Shown in pieces: positions 48,211 through 57,603 of a DNA stretch of 64,000 nucleotides. Source of the stretch: a virus; the IMG/VR virus record IMGVR_UViG_3300047325_000170, positions 32,001-96,000 of that record; one strand, 5' to 3'. The position numbers and the translations under genes were made by a program. The notes under the pieces are model-generated. The model was not told the origin of the DNA. It was given only the letters and a program-made list of their open reading frames with translations, and ran no database searches. Numbering within the stretch: the stretch's first letter is position 1; each line of letters starts with the position of its first letter.

Positions 48211-48244
48211 AACAAGGCAGTCAGGAGAACCCTGCTGCCTTGTC
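48211..48244 (-). terminator. Hairpin, probable terminator upstream of the fibre gene
   Basis: GACAAGGCAG-CAGG..CCTG-A-CTGCCTTGTT, weak U-tract. Confidence 0.55.
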
Positions 48245-48268
48245 GATGACCTACTGGTGAGCGAGAAC

Positions 48269-48688
48269 TTAGGAGTTGTCCTCGTACTTCGAGTCGGCAG
48301 CGACGCCCGAGATCCCCGAGCCGAAGGGCTGGATGAGTTCGTAGGCCGAGCCACCCTTGCTGAGGGTCGTCGTCGTGATGCTGTCGTATTCGTAGACCAC
48401 GCTCTGACCGATGTCGCCAGCCGTCGCGTAGAGGCTGTAGGTCGAGAAGGCCGCGGTGTGAACGCCGAGAGCTGATGCCGCTCCACTGGAAACCGAGAGG
48501 GTTCCCATGTAGACCGCATTGCAGATGTTCACGAGCTGCGCCTGCGAGAAGCCAGAGAGATCAGCGGAGGTCGGGTTGCCCTTGTTGAGATTGACTCCCG
48601 TGAGCGGGTCATAGAACCCGTAATTCTGGTTAATCGTCCCGAGGATTTTACTCGAGATCCGCTGGTTGAGAGTTACCGTTAAGGCCAT
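48269..48688 (-). CDS. Small head-region protein, paralogue 3
   Basis: V.LN...FYDPLTGVNL...NP.S.DLS...A...G.L.V..G. Confidence 0.7.
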   Translation of the reverse strand: MALTVTLNQRISSKILGTINQNYGFYDPLTGVNLNKGNPTSADLSGFSQAQLVNICNAVYMGTLSVSSGAASALGVHTAAFSTYSLYATAGDIGQSVVYEYDSITTTTLSKGGSAYELIQPFGSGISGVAADSKYEDNS

Positions 48689-48726
48689 TCAATACTCCTG
48701 GGTGTAAGGGTTATCCCAACTAGCGG

Positions 48727-49251
48727 TTAGTAAGAGGCCGCAATCGAAGCCGTCAGAGTCGTGCTGCCACCGGGGACAATCTGAACGAAGGGTGCGGGGG
48801 CGATGGGAACTTCGGCACCGCCATTGACGATGGGCGCAAGGGCTGATCCCCCGCCTGGTGCCTCGGCTGGGACCCAGGTGACACCGTCTTCACTGACGTT
48901 GATCGTGAGAGTCGTGGAACCGGAGGTGTGGAGTAAGACGGTAAGCGAGGCGGCCGGCCCAACAGGTGCCCAGAGCGAGCTTGAGGACGTTACCGAAGCC
49001 GCCGCAGCAAGGACGATAGAGAGACCGCCAGAGTCAGCGCGATAGGCGCTCACCATACTGCCAGAAGCGACGATGAGGATACCTTCGCTGATCGCAGTCA
49101 GGACGTTGAAGAGCGATTGAGCTCCATTACTCGTGATGTCGCCTGAGTACGGGTTCGTCTGCGTGAGCCGCATGCCGGAGACTGGTTCATAGTACTCGTC
49201 GATGCCGGAACGCTCGTCGGCGTTCGAGTTGAGCTTGACGACTAAGGACAA
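48727..49251 (-). CDS. Small head-region protein, paralogue 2, with extra beta-rich C-terminal domain
   Basis: V.LN...YYEPVSGMRL...NP.S.DI...TAI..GILIVA.G. Confidence 0.7.
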   Translation of the reverse strand: MSLVVKLNSNADERSGIDEYYEPVSGMRLTQTNPYSGDITSNGAQSLFNVLTAISEGILIVASGSMVSAYRADSGGLSIVLAAAASVTSSSSLWAPVGPAASLTVLLHTSGSTTLTINVSEDGVTWVPAEAPGGGSALAPIVNGGAEVPIAPAPFVQIVPGGSTTLTASIAASY

Positions 49252-49271
49252 GTCAGTCTCCTCAGTGAGGG

Positions 49272-49655
49272 CTAGGCCTTGCTCTTCAGCAGCTCATCAA
49301 AGTGTTTGAGAGCTGCGACTTGCTCCTTCTCGAGATCTGGCGTCCAGCGCGAGCGCCCCGACCCATAGGTCGTAATCTGTTCGGGCTTCACACCCTCGGG
49401 GAAGTCTCCCTCGGCAACGATGAGGATGCCATAGTGGATGGCAGTAACAACATCGGCGAGCTCTTCATTTGAGAGCTTCGAGAGATCGCGAGAGATTGGG
49501 CCGGTGTCCGGGATGGGCTTGCTCTTCGCATCAATCTGCGGGCCGAGGAAGAGATTGACCCCTGCCTTTGAGTTGAACCAGCTTGTTGCTTCAGGATTCC
49601 GTGGATTGAGGGCAACGCGGAAGGCGGAGGTGCGTTCAGTCTTCGGTGCAGGCAT
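49272..49655 (-). CDS. Small head-region protein, paralogue 1
   Basis: VALN...WFNSKAGVNL...P.S.DLS...TAI..GILIVAEG. Confidence 0.7.
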   Translation of the reverse strand: MPAPKTERTSAFRVALNPRNPEATSWFNSKAGVNLFLGPQIDAKSKPIPDTGPISRDLSKLSNEELADVVTAIHYGILIVAEGDFPEGVKPEQITTYGSGRSRWTPDLEKEQVAALKHFDELLKSKA

Positions 49656-49705
49656 AGATCACAATCCGTTCATATATCAAGACTTACATCTCAAGCAGAC
49701 TTCAT

Positions 49706-49987
49706 CTAGCTCTCGGGAGTCGGAGGCGCCATCACAACTTGCTTATGGGCCCGCTTCATCATCGTTTGGTAGCGATGAAGGTCTAAAGGGGTGACAACAG
49801 GTCCGTGGCGGTAATAAGGATCGTTCGTTGTGGTGTAGGCATAGGCCCCAGAGGCTCCCATAATGGGATACATCTGCGCCCGCTTCTGCATTTGCCTATT
49901 ATACCACTTGCGGCCAGCTGGCGTCGTGTAATCATCCTGGTTGCCGATCATGTGGGGACTGTCGGCCGTTCGATTAAAGAGCCCCAC
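49706..49987 (-). CDS. Hypothetical small basic protein
   Basis: AAGGAGG SD plus GTG, fills the gap after the capsid hairpin. Confidence 0.65.
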   Translation of the reverse strand: MGLFNRTADSPHMIGNQDDYTTPAGRKWYNRQMQKRAQMYPIMGASGAYAYTTTNDPYYRHGPVVTPLDLHRYQTMMKRAHKQVVMAPPTPES

Positions 49988-50023
49988 GACGTCCTCCTTG
50001 AGCTGGTATCTACTAGAAGTGGA

Positions 50024-50054
50024 ACCGGCTGGCGGCGAGATGCCGCCAGCCGGT
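50024..50054 (-). terminator. Perfect 13-bp hairpin after the major capsid gene
   Basis: accggctggcggc-gagat-gccgccagccggt, with an imperfect U-tract. Confidence 0.7.
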
Positions 50055-50079
50055 GAAGATCTCCAGGCTACGAGCCAGA

Positions 50080-51183
50080 CTACATCGTCTTGACGAGCAG
50101 CGGACGGTTGTACGACGGGGTCAGCGAGATGGAGCGGATCTGAACGATACCGCGGCCTTCGTTGTAGATACCCGGGCTGTAGCGTTCCTTGACGCGGAAG
50201 GAGGTGATGTCGTGGATGGGATCCTTGAACTCATCGGTCGACATGTCTTCACGCACGAGGATCGCACCGACATTATCACGGTCCAGAAGGAACATGTCGA
50301 AGGTGCGGTTGACGCGGTCGATTGGCGCGAAGGGGGTCAGGATCACTTCGAAGCTGAAGGGCAGGCGCGATTGAATCGACTGCGGTCCAAGCTCGATGTC
50401 CTTGACCGGATACGCGACGTTCTGACCCGGGAAGACAACGTTCTGAGCGAGCGATCCGAGGATGTCGTTCTTCGCGAAGACGGCCCAGACCAGGGGGTGG
50501 ATCAGCAAGGTCGTGGGGACGTATCCATTATACATCAGCCCGGCAAAGAGGTCGATGAAGTCGAAGACCGAGAGGGTGTTGTTCGGATTGCCGTCAGGAC
50601 CAAGGCCCGTCGTGTGCTGGGTCGGGTCGGTCGAGGTGTTGTCCATGAAGACGTGGGAGTGCTTGTAGAGCTCTTTGAACAGCCACTCTTCCTTGAAGCG
50701 AGCCATCGCGCGGCCGGCGTAGCGGAGGTGCATGCCGATGACGTCCCACTCGGAGTCCTGAATCATTTCGTCGGTAAGACGAACCAGAAGACCGACCTTA
50801 CGGACCTTCACCTCGAACGTGGAACGGTGACGCTGGAAGTCCAGGGTCTCAGCCTTGTAGGGCTGCGCTTCGTCGACAAAGTGGGCACGGAGCAGGCCAA
50901 CTGAGGGGAACTCAATTGAGGTACCCTGCGTCACGCGAATGGTCGTGAAGAACTGGCTTGCGACGTACACGGGCTCTGCTGCTTCACGCATCACGCCAGT
51001 GATGATCTTGGGGACCAACATGGCTGAGTCATCAGAATTCAGAGCTTCAGCAATTCGGAAGTTGCGAACGGCTTCACCGTCCGCGTTAACGAGGTCATCC
51101 CATCCGCCATTCACCCGCTTGTAGGACTCGCTGAAATGACGGGCAACGATCTCCTCGAAGTTATCCTTGAGGGTTTTAGCCAC
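50080..51183 (-). CDS. Major capsid protein (HK97-fold)
   Basis: LVPKII..MREAAEP, KVGL..LTDEMI.DS, LLIHP..W, KERY motifs. Start reassigned to GTG at 51183 behind GGAGG. Confidence 0.9.
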   Translation of the reverse strand: MAKTLKDNFEEIVARHFSESYKRVNGGWDDLVNADGEAVRNFRIAEALNSDDSAMLVPKIITGVMREAAEPVYVASQFFTTIRVTQGTSIEFPSVGLLRAHFVDEAQPYKAETLDFQRHRSTFEVKVRKVGLLVRLTDEMIQDSEWDVIGMHLRYAGRAMARFKEEWLFKELYKHSHVFMDNTSTDPTQHTTGLGPDGNPNNTLSVFDFIDLFAGLMYNGYVPTTLLIHPLVWAVFAKNDILGSLAQNVVFPGQNVAYPVKDIELGPQSIQSRLPFSFEVILTPFAPIDRVNRTFDMFLLDRDNVGAILVREDMSTDEFKDPIHDITSFRVKERYSPGIYNEGRGIVQIRSISLTPSYNRPLLVKTM

Positions 51184-51279
51184 TCTAGTATGTTCCTCCA
51201 CTTGGGAGTGTATTTGTCTTACTTTAGTGGCTGTCAGTCCCTCGGTTGGCGCCGAAGTCCCGAGCCGTCTAGCTTGGGC

Positions 51280-51311
51280 CGGGACAGTTGAGCCGTAGCC
51301 CAACTGTCCCG
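51280..51311 (-). promoter_or_regulatory. Strong hairpin with cUACGg tetraloop in the capsid leader
   Basis: CGGGACAGTTGGGC-TACG-GCTCAACTGTCCCG with no U-tract. Confidence 0.6.
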
Positions 51312-51331
51312 CACCCCGAGTTCCCTAGTTC

Positions 51332-52657
51332 TTAGAGGACGTCGATTGCGATACGAGCCGCCCCAACCGAACCCTTGAAGTCGATGTTGCTGGGAACGCC
51401 GACGACCTGGTTCTCAAGGCTGGTGTAGGTGATCGTGTAGGTCTCAGTGCCAGTCTGGTTCGCAGTCTGGATGTACACGATACCGCGGTAGCGGTCAACG
51501 TAGTAGTCGACGAGCTCAACGAGCGGGGTGGTTGCTGCGGCGTTGTTGTACACGAGCATCTTGGTCGGGAAGGGGTGGTCGGGCGTTGGGTTGGTCGCAC
51601 CCTGACCGTCCTTCGCAACACGCTTATGCGAGAGGGTGATCGTGTTGATGCCGTTCGCGTACGAGTTCTGCGTGCCGTTACCGAGAGACTCGGAGTAGTC
51701 GACCGCAGCCATGCGCGCGCCGTCGGTGAGGCCGGGGATACCCATGGCATCCCAGAGCTGTTCGGGGAAGCGCGTCACAAGGTCGTTGAAGCTGTAGAAC
51801 GCCGGGTACTGGTTCTGCTGGGCGTTGAGGTCGGGGCGCTGGGCGGTCGTGGTGCCCGAGGTGCCGCCGGTCGTGTCGCCCGCAGATCCATCAGGAGTCT
51901 GAAGCGGCGCGTTGACGTCATACGGGTTGAACATTTCCCACTGTCCCATACCTTGCGCGTCCATGCTCATCCACTCCCACATCACCCACTGCAGCCAGCC
52001 CTGGACGGGGATGGAGCGGTCGATCATGATGACCTGACCGATCTTCTGGGTGGTCTCGGTGTCGAGGCTCTGGTCCCACTTGGTGACCTTGCCGTTGGGA
52101 TCGCTCATCACGTGGTCGCCCATGTTGAGGACCGAATTGCCACCGAGTGCCGCATTGTCATACACGCAGCCCCACTTCATCGACTGTGCGAGGGACGCAT
52201 TGGACGAGAAGTACGGAAGCGAGATGTACGACTTGCGGGTGATCGTTGGGTAGTTACCCTTGAAGCGGTCGTTCAGACGACGGTAGCAGTTCTTGAACGC
52301 GATACCGATGGGAACGTTCGCCGTGCGGGTGTAGGAGCCGTAGGGGCCAGTCACGGTCGTGGTCGTACCGCCATTGGCGATAGTGAGGCACGGAGCCATG
52401 AAGTCGACGTCGTAGTCCTTAGCGTATGGTGCGCCGTAGCGGTGAGCAACGACGGTACCCTTGGGGATCTGGACTTCGGCCGGACGGAAGTAGGTGCCCG
52501 AGAACGGATAGGTGAATTGGACCGGAAGGTACGGGTCCGTAATGAAGACTTCCGCGATCTGCTTGAGATCATCGGAGATGATCAGCTGATTCTGGGTGCG
52601 GAAGACGTTATTGGGACCGTCTTCGAGGATCCACGAACCACCATTAGGTAGAAGCAT
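51332..52657 (-). CDS. Capsid decoration/cement-like structural protein
   Basis: Between scaffold and MCP. IPKG.VV, PIGIA, GD.V.SD.NG...IGQV pattern. Strong GGAGG SD. Confidence 0.65.
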   Translation of the reverse strand: MLLPNGGSWILEDGPNNVFRTQNQLIISDDLKQIAEVFITDPYLPVQFTYPFSGTYFRPAEVQIPKGTVVAHRYGAPYAKDYDVDFMAPCLTIANGGTTTTVTGPYGSYTRTANVPIGIAFKNCYRRLNDRFKGNYPTITRKSYISLPYFSSNASLAQSMKWGCVYDNAALGGNSVLNMGDHVMSDPNGKVTKWDQSLDTETTQKIGQVIMIDRSIPVQGWLQWVMWEWMSMDAQGMGQWEMFNPYDVNAPLQTPDGSAGDTTGGTSGTTTAQRPDLNAQQNQYPAFYSFNDLVTRFPEQLWDAMGIPGLTDGARMAAVDYSESLGNGTQNSYANGINTITLSHKRVAKDGQGATNPTPDHPFPTKMLVYNNAAATTPLVELVDYYVDRYRGIVYIQTANQTGTETYTITYTSLENQVVGVPSNIDFKGSVGAARIAIDVL

Positions 52658-52760
52658 TAGCTGTTATCCTCCAGACTGTTGGGGCGAAGTCTTCCACCGC
52701 TACAACAGTGCAGGTTTGACTAGCAACTTGCATGCCTACTACCGGGGTAGGCTCGGGTTC

Positions 52761-54668
52761 CTAGGCTTGCTTCCGGGTCATCTCATTGACCTGCTTCACA
52801 ACCTTGCGGCGGGCACGGGTGCTGCCGAAGTAAGCTGCAAGCAAGGTCTCTGAGTCTGGAGCCGAAACCGTTTTGTCGACCGTTTTGTCGTTTTCGCCAC
52901 CATGCGAGAGGCCCTTGGTGGGAACCGTCGCGCTGACGAAGAGCTGTTGGCCGGCTTCTTCCTTGAGGCTGGTAAGCACGCCTTCGAGGAAGCTGTCGTC
53001 CTTAGAAGAGAGCTCGGTCGTCTTCGCTTCAACCTCATCCTCAGCGATATTCTGAAGGAGAAGGATCATCTCGATGACCTGGCTCTTCGCGGCGGACTGG
53101 AGTTCAGTAACTTGTTCGATGAGCTCGTCAGCCTCAGCTTCGCGCTCGAGGAGGATCCGCTCCACTTCGGCAAGGGCGTCCTTGGTTTCCTCGAGCTCAG
53201 CCGTAACTTGTTCAGTATCAGCTGAGGTCAGGGCTTCCAGCTCTTCGGCGGTTAGGACGCTGAGGCCGTGCGCGGCGAGGACTTCCTTCGCGTCGGCGAC
53301 ATCTTCGGCGGTTTGCTTGGCCTTATTGGTATCGGAGGCAAGTCCCGCCTTCACCGCAGCGGCCTTGAGCTTCGCGAGGGCCTTAGCCTTATCAGCGGTC
53401 TCAAAGCCAGCAACCTGCTCCCAGCGGGAGAGGGCCGTGCGGAGGAGTTCCTTATCCAGGGAGCCGTCAGCCTTCTTATAGGGAAGGGCCCGCAGCTTCT
53501 TTTCTCCCACAACCTTCACAAGCGCAAAGGCAGAATCTGAGAGATCTGCCTGGTTCCTGCTGGATAGTACACTCTGCTGCAAGGCAATTAGCTCAGCTTC
53601 AAGATGTTCGTTGTTGTCGAACACGTACGAAGTAAGCTTCTCAAGCTCAGCCTGGCCGAGCGGCGCGTCCCCAGACATGACCTGCTCTTCGAGGGAAAGC
53701 TCCCCACCCGTGAGGAGAACCTCAAGGGCCGTGGCCGTCTCAAAGTAGAAAGTCAGGGGATCGTTCTCGTAGAGATCCCGGTCCGCTTCGTCGAGGCCCT
53801 CGATGAGGCTCGCAACGGAGCGCTCCGTTACGACCTCTTCACCTGTCGGAGTCTCGTCCTCGTTGTTCGGGGCGATGACATCGAGCTCTTTTGAGGCCGC
53901 CTGGGCGGTCTCAGTGAACGCTGGGTCAAGCAGGTTGAGGGGGGCTGAGCCCTCTTCGCCCGTCAGTGACATCTCCTTGACTGCGTAGGACTTCACCTTG
54001 GAACGCATGTCGGAGGGGACGGCCACGACGGAATATTCACGGGCCCAAACATTACCAATGTTGATGTGCATGCGGCGGGCACCCTTGGCGTGGGCTTCAG
54101 CATCGACCCACTGGCCCTCGGTCTCAGAGCCCTTGGGGCCCTTCTGGTACCACTTGCCGCGCTCGTGTTCGCAGCGGGCAGCCCAGCCCTTCATGAAGTC
54201 CATCCCACAGATCGAGCACTCGGCCTTATCGACATCCATGCCGATAGAGCCCGTGGAGTACTCGCCGCGCATGAACTTCTCGATAGCCATGGGGTCCGTG
54301 ATGCGAGCCGTGATCTCAACGTGGCCGGGGGTGCGGCCTTCCTTCTCGACCCACTCCGCCTTGATAACGCGGCCAATCGTGTTGTCGACCTCGGCGGAAT
54401 CATGGTTCTTGAGGATGGGGGCACCGTAGGGATCAATCCAGCTCTCGAGGCCGCCAACCTGACCCTGGTCGTTCTTTTCCTTATGGGTCAGGCCTTCTTT
54501 AGAGTAGAAGGTGTTATTGCGAGTCAGGCCCTCGTGGATTGCGGCAATCTTCACTTCCAGGGCATGGCTACCGCCGTCCGGGAGGAGTGCTTCGGTTACC
54601 CGCTGTGTGGCAGACTCATCAAGCTTGGGAAGAATGAGTCCGAAGGTTTCGTTGATACGGAGCATCAA
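52761..54668 (-). CDS. Prohead protease fused to acidic coiled-coil scaffold
   Basis: TRNNTFY, PIL.NHD..IGRV, TGSIG, CSICG..CEH, EYS.V.VPSD, then a long acidic helical C-terminus. Confidence 0.85.
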   Translation of the reverse strand: MMLRINETFGLILPKLDESATQRVTEALLPDGGSHALEVKIAAIHEGLTRNNTFYSKEGLTHKEKNDQGQVGGLESWIDPYGAPILKNHDSAEVDNTIGRVIKAEWVEKEGRTPGHVEITARITDPMAIEKFMRGEYSTGSIGMDVDKAECSICGMDFMKGWAARCEHERGKWYQKGPKGSETEGQWVDAEAHAKGARRMHINIGNVWAREYSVVAVPSDMRSKVKSYAVKEMSLTGEEGSAPLNLLDPAFTETAQAASKELDVIAPNNEDETPTGEEVVTERSVASLIEGLDEADRDLYENDPLTFYFETATALEVLLTGGELSLEEQVMSGDAPLGQAELEKLTSYVFDNNEHLEAELIALQQSVLSSRNQADLSDSAFALVKVVGEKKLRALPYKKADGSLDKELLRTALSRWEQVAGFETADKAKALAKLKAAAVKAGLASDTNKAKQTAEDVADAKEVLAAHGLSVLTAEELEALTSADTEQVTAELEETKDALAEVERILLEREAEADELIEQVTELQSAAKSQVIEMILLLQNIAEDEVEAKTTELSSKDDSFLEGVLTSLKEEAGQQLFVSATVPTKGLSHGGENDKTVDKTVSAPDSETLLAAYFGSTRARRKVVKQVNEMTRKQA

Positions 54669-54676
54669 TAGGTCCT

Positions 54677-55108
54677 TTATCGGGGATTGCTCAGCACTTG
54701 CCGGATGACGTGCTCACACTGGTCGATGTCGCCGTTGATCTGGGAGCCAGAGAAACGCAGGACGGTCCAACCTAGACTCTCAAGCTCCACCTGCCGGCGC
54801 TTGTCACGCGCCTTCTGGGCGGGGGTTGAGTGGTAGGCGGCACCGTCACATTCGATAGCCACCAGAGATCCCGGGATTGCGAAATCGAGGTAGTAGTACC
54901 CGCGTATCCGGCGCTTGACCGGGTATTGGGGCGTCGCTGAGATGCCCCAGCGTTTGAGGGCGGACCCCATCCGGATCTCGATCCAGGTTGGTTGTGGTCG
55001 CCGCCTTCTGTTTTTAACAGTACTAGAGCTATGCTTGCGTTTCGGTCGAGTTCGAGGACGGGCAGCTTTCTTCTTCGCCTTCTTGAGGGTCTTTTTCTTA
55101 ACTGCCAA
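54677..55108 (-). CDS. DUF559/Vsr-like endonuclease with basic N-terminal tail
   Basis: QYPV..Y.LDFA....AIECDG..YH....RD..R...L...GW.VLRF. Confidence 0.88.
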   Translation of the reverse strand: MAVKKKTLKKAKKKAARPRTRPKRKHSSSTVKNRRRRPQPTWIEIRMGSALKRWGISATPQYPVKRRIRGYYYLDFAIPGSLVAIECDGAAYHSTPAQKARDKRRQVELESLGWTVLRFSGSQINGDIDQCEHVIRQVLSNPR

Positions 55109-57593
55109 GGCGAATTACTAAGGAACATTCACATCTGGGATGCAGCGTCGGGGCAGCACTGAGCCTGCGGCGAGCGGAGCTTTGGTTCTCCCAGAGGTCG
55201 GGTGCAGCCAGGCACTCATCGCAGCACTCGGCCTCCCGCGCAAGCTGCAGGGGGACGCCCGTGAGGTGGGCAGCGGAGGCGTAGCCGAACCAGTAGCTCT
55301 GCGGAAGCTCGGTGTTGGCGATGATCTCCAGGCGGTAGCGGACACCATCGAAGATCGCATTGACCTTCGCGGGGAGGTCTTTTGGATCAGCCGTGTTCTT
55401 GATAGCCCGGATCGTCGGGCGCGCGAGATCTCCCACGAGGCGATTGACGGTTCGCTCATTGAACTCCGTCAGTGCCGCCCGTTCACTTGTGAAGGGATCG
55501 GCGAGCGCGGGAAGCTCGCTCTCATCCCAGAAGCGGGCGACCCCCGCATGGAAGGCCGGCTGGAGGTAGCGCTGCGAGAGGGTTAGAATGCGCCCCTTCA
55601 CGAGCTCAAAGAGGAGCTTTGAGAACTGCGGCTCCTCCTCCGGGGTCATGTTGATATGCAACTGGCCCTGCTCGATACTGGCGCCCCGGAGATCTTCAAA
55701 GAGCTCACCGATCTCCGTATAGAAGCCAGCCAGGCTCGTCGTCATGTCGACGGAGTGCGCGGAGACGTCTTCAGAGAGGAAGAGACCCTCGCCCTTGCGC
55801 TTGGGACCGAGACGCTTGCCATGCTGATTGGCGGGGCGGTTCTTATTATCGGTTCCCTTGGACGTCGTCTTCGGATCAGCGCTCGGTCCTGGAGGGAGGG
55901 CGAAGTGCCCCTTCGGTGCAGCAACAGGCTTCTTGACCTGGGTCGTCTTCGCAACGGTCCGCTTGCCGCCGCCTGTTGTGACCGCGTGCTTTGTGGTCGT
56001 AATAGCGTGGGCGCCCTGCGCAGCACCCTGCTCGGGCGGAGCATCAAGCTCCTTTTGCTTGAGCTTGAGATCCATATCGGAGTGATCGCTGAGATCAGCG
56101 GCGGCGTTCATGTCAGCCTTGTGCTTCTGAAGCATGATCTTGCCGTGGTCTTCAAGGTCCGTCGTGCCTGTGAGCTTGACGATATCCTGCGGGATCAGGA
56201 AGCGGGTCAGGTAGGTATCATCCCACTGTGCTTCGGTGAAGGGCTGAAGACCAATGCGCTTACGGAACTCCGAGAAGGTGAGGGCATTGGCTTGGAGGAG
56301 CGCAAGGTTGTGGGCTTCACGCTTGATCTGTGACTCGACTTCGATCTCTTCAAAGATGAGTTCGGCCCAGTTCTTCTCGATGTCCTCATAGAGTTCAAAG
56401 CCGCCCTCTTGGAGGATCTCGCGGAAGATCTCCTGAGAGATCGAACGTGAGAGGACGTTCTGGAAGTGCTTGATCTGATCGTGCATCTCGACGGACATCG
56501 CATCAGCCGTTGAACGGTTGGCCGTATCACCCTGGCCCATCGCGACACCCGAGACTCCGAGCCCGGAGAAGGACCGGTTCTGGAAGTGCTCGAGGTAGGG
56601 TTCGAGGTTGATTGCCTCACCTTCGGCACCGACCACGTTGAACTCAACAGACTCCGACGTAACGAGGGTGGCATCCGGCGGCGCATTGGCAACGAGCTTC
56701 TTGTAATAGTCGAGTTGTTCTTCGGTTGCTTGGAAGCCCGGCGTTGGCTCACCCACCCGTACTTGGGTGAAGGGAAAGGCAAAGCGAAAGGCCAGGCGCG
56801 AGGTGTGGTCCTCGATAGTCCGCAGCATACGAACATCATCAAGGACGGGCCCAAGGAAGGGCGCCCCATACGCAAAGCCATCCTCGCGATCCGTCGTAAT
56901 GTGAATGATCTCATCAGGCGTAAACTCAACGCGCTGCTTGGGATCTTGGGGACGGGCCTTTGCTCCCCAGGGCCATTGCTCGTAGCGAATGACATTATTG
57001 TTGGGATCACGCACCGCGCGCATCGTCGCGGGGTGGAGGAGTTCATACGCAGCGATAGGATCTTGCGGGACAAGGATCGGCTTTTGATCTTCCTTGCCCT
57101 TTTGCTTAATCGCCGGAACGCCCTTGACGTTCACTCCCTTGGGGAGGGTGGGCTGCTTGCGACGATTCTTATAGAGGTAGACATTCGCATAGGTGACGAG
57201 ATCCCGCGCAATGTCCTGGAATAAGGCGTCGATATGATCGTGCTTCGGGTCGGCATCGATGATGAGACGCAGGCGAACCTTGAGATATTTGTCGATAGCC
57301 GGTTTGAGCGTGAGGATCTTATAGCCACGTAGGAAGATACCGTTCGTGAACTTCGTGACCGTCTGCTTGATGTAGCCGTCGGTCTGTACGCCCTGGTGAA
57401 TAGCGTAGAGGTTGGAGAGCGGCTCCTCGAAGATCTCCTGAGGACGACGGCGCGTGTAGCCATCCCAGGGACCACGTGTCGGAGAGATCTGGCGTGACTG
57501 ATAGGGCTTCGTCCGAGGCGAGACAAACTCAACGGCTGCGGGTGCAGACGTCTTCGTCGGTACGACAAGCTCTTGGTTCAGAAAGTCCGCCAA
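55098..57593 (-). CDS. Portal protein with C-terminal MuF/SPP1 gp7-like domain
   Basis: DLVTYANVY, LHP.TM, F.PDEIIH...YG.P, GD.ANRSTA, LT..E.R..IG..P. C-terminus IANTE..CCDEC..P.LHPRCEC. Confidence 0.88.
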   Translation of the reverse strand: MADFLNQELVVPTKTSAPAAVEFVSPRTKPYQSRQISPTRGPWDGYTRRRPQEIFEEPLSNLYAIHQGVQTDGYIKQTVTKFTNGIFLRGYKILTLKPAIDKYLKVRLRLIIDADPKHDHIDALFQDIARDLVTYANVYLYKNRRKQPTLPKGVNVKGVPAIKQKGKEDQKPILVPQDPIAAYELLHPATMRAVRDPNNNVIRYEQWPWGAKARPQDPKQRVEFTPDEIIHITTDREDGFAYGAPFLGPVLDDVRMLRTIEDHTSRLAFRFAFPFTQVRVGEPTPGFQATEEQLDYYKKLVANAPPDATLVTSESVEFNVVGAEGEAINLEPYLEHFQNRSFSGLGVSGVAMGQGDTANRSTADAMSVEMHDQIKHFQNVLSRSISQEIFREILQEGGFELYEDIEKNWAELIFEEIEVESQIKREAHNLALLQANALTFSEFRKRIGLQPFTEAQWDDTYLTRFLIPQDIVKLTGTTDLEDHGKIMLQKHKADMNAAADLSDHSDMDLKLKQKELDAPPEQGAAQGAHAITTTKHAVTTGGGKRTVAKTTQVKKPVAAPKGHFALPPGPSADPKTTSKGTDNKNRPANQHGKRLGPKRKGEGLFLSEDVSAHSVDMTTSLAGFYTEIGELFEDLRGASIEQGQLHINMTPEEEPQFSKLLFELVKGRILTLSQRYLQPAFHAGVARFWDESELPALADPFTSERAALTEFNERTVNRLVGDLARPTIRAIKNTADPKDLPAKVNAIFDGVRYRLEIIANTELPQSYWFGYASAAHLTGVPLQLAREAECCDECLAAPDLWENQSSARRRLSAAPTLHPRCECSLVIRLGS

Positions 57594-57603
57594 GCGGGGC
57601 CCC

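Noticed and set aside
51184-51303. 40-aa N-terminal extension of the capsid protein given in the ORF track
   Set aside because: It runs through leader hairpins, and a GGAGG-preceded GTG at 51183 is a better start.
54677-55108. Intron- or intein-associated homing element
   Set aside because: The nuclease is a free-standing ORF between intact portal and protease genes, and no split gene or intein motifs were seen.
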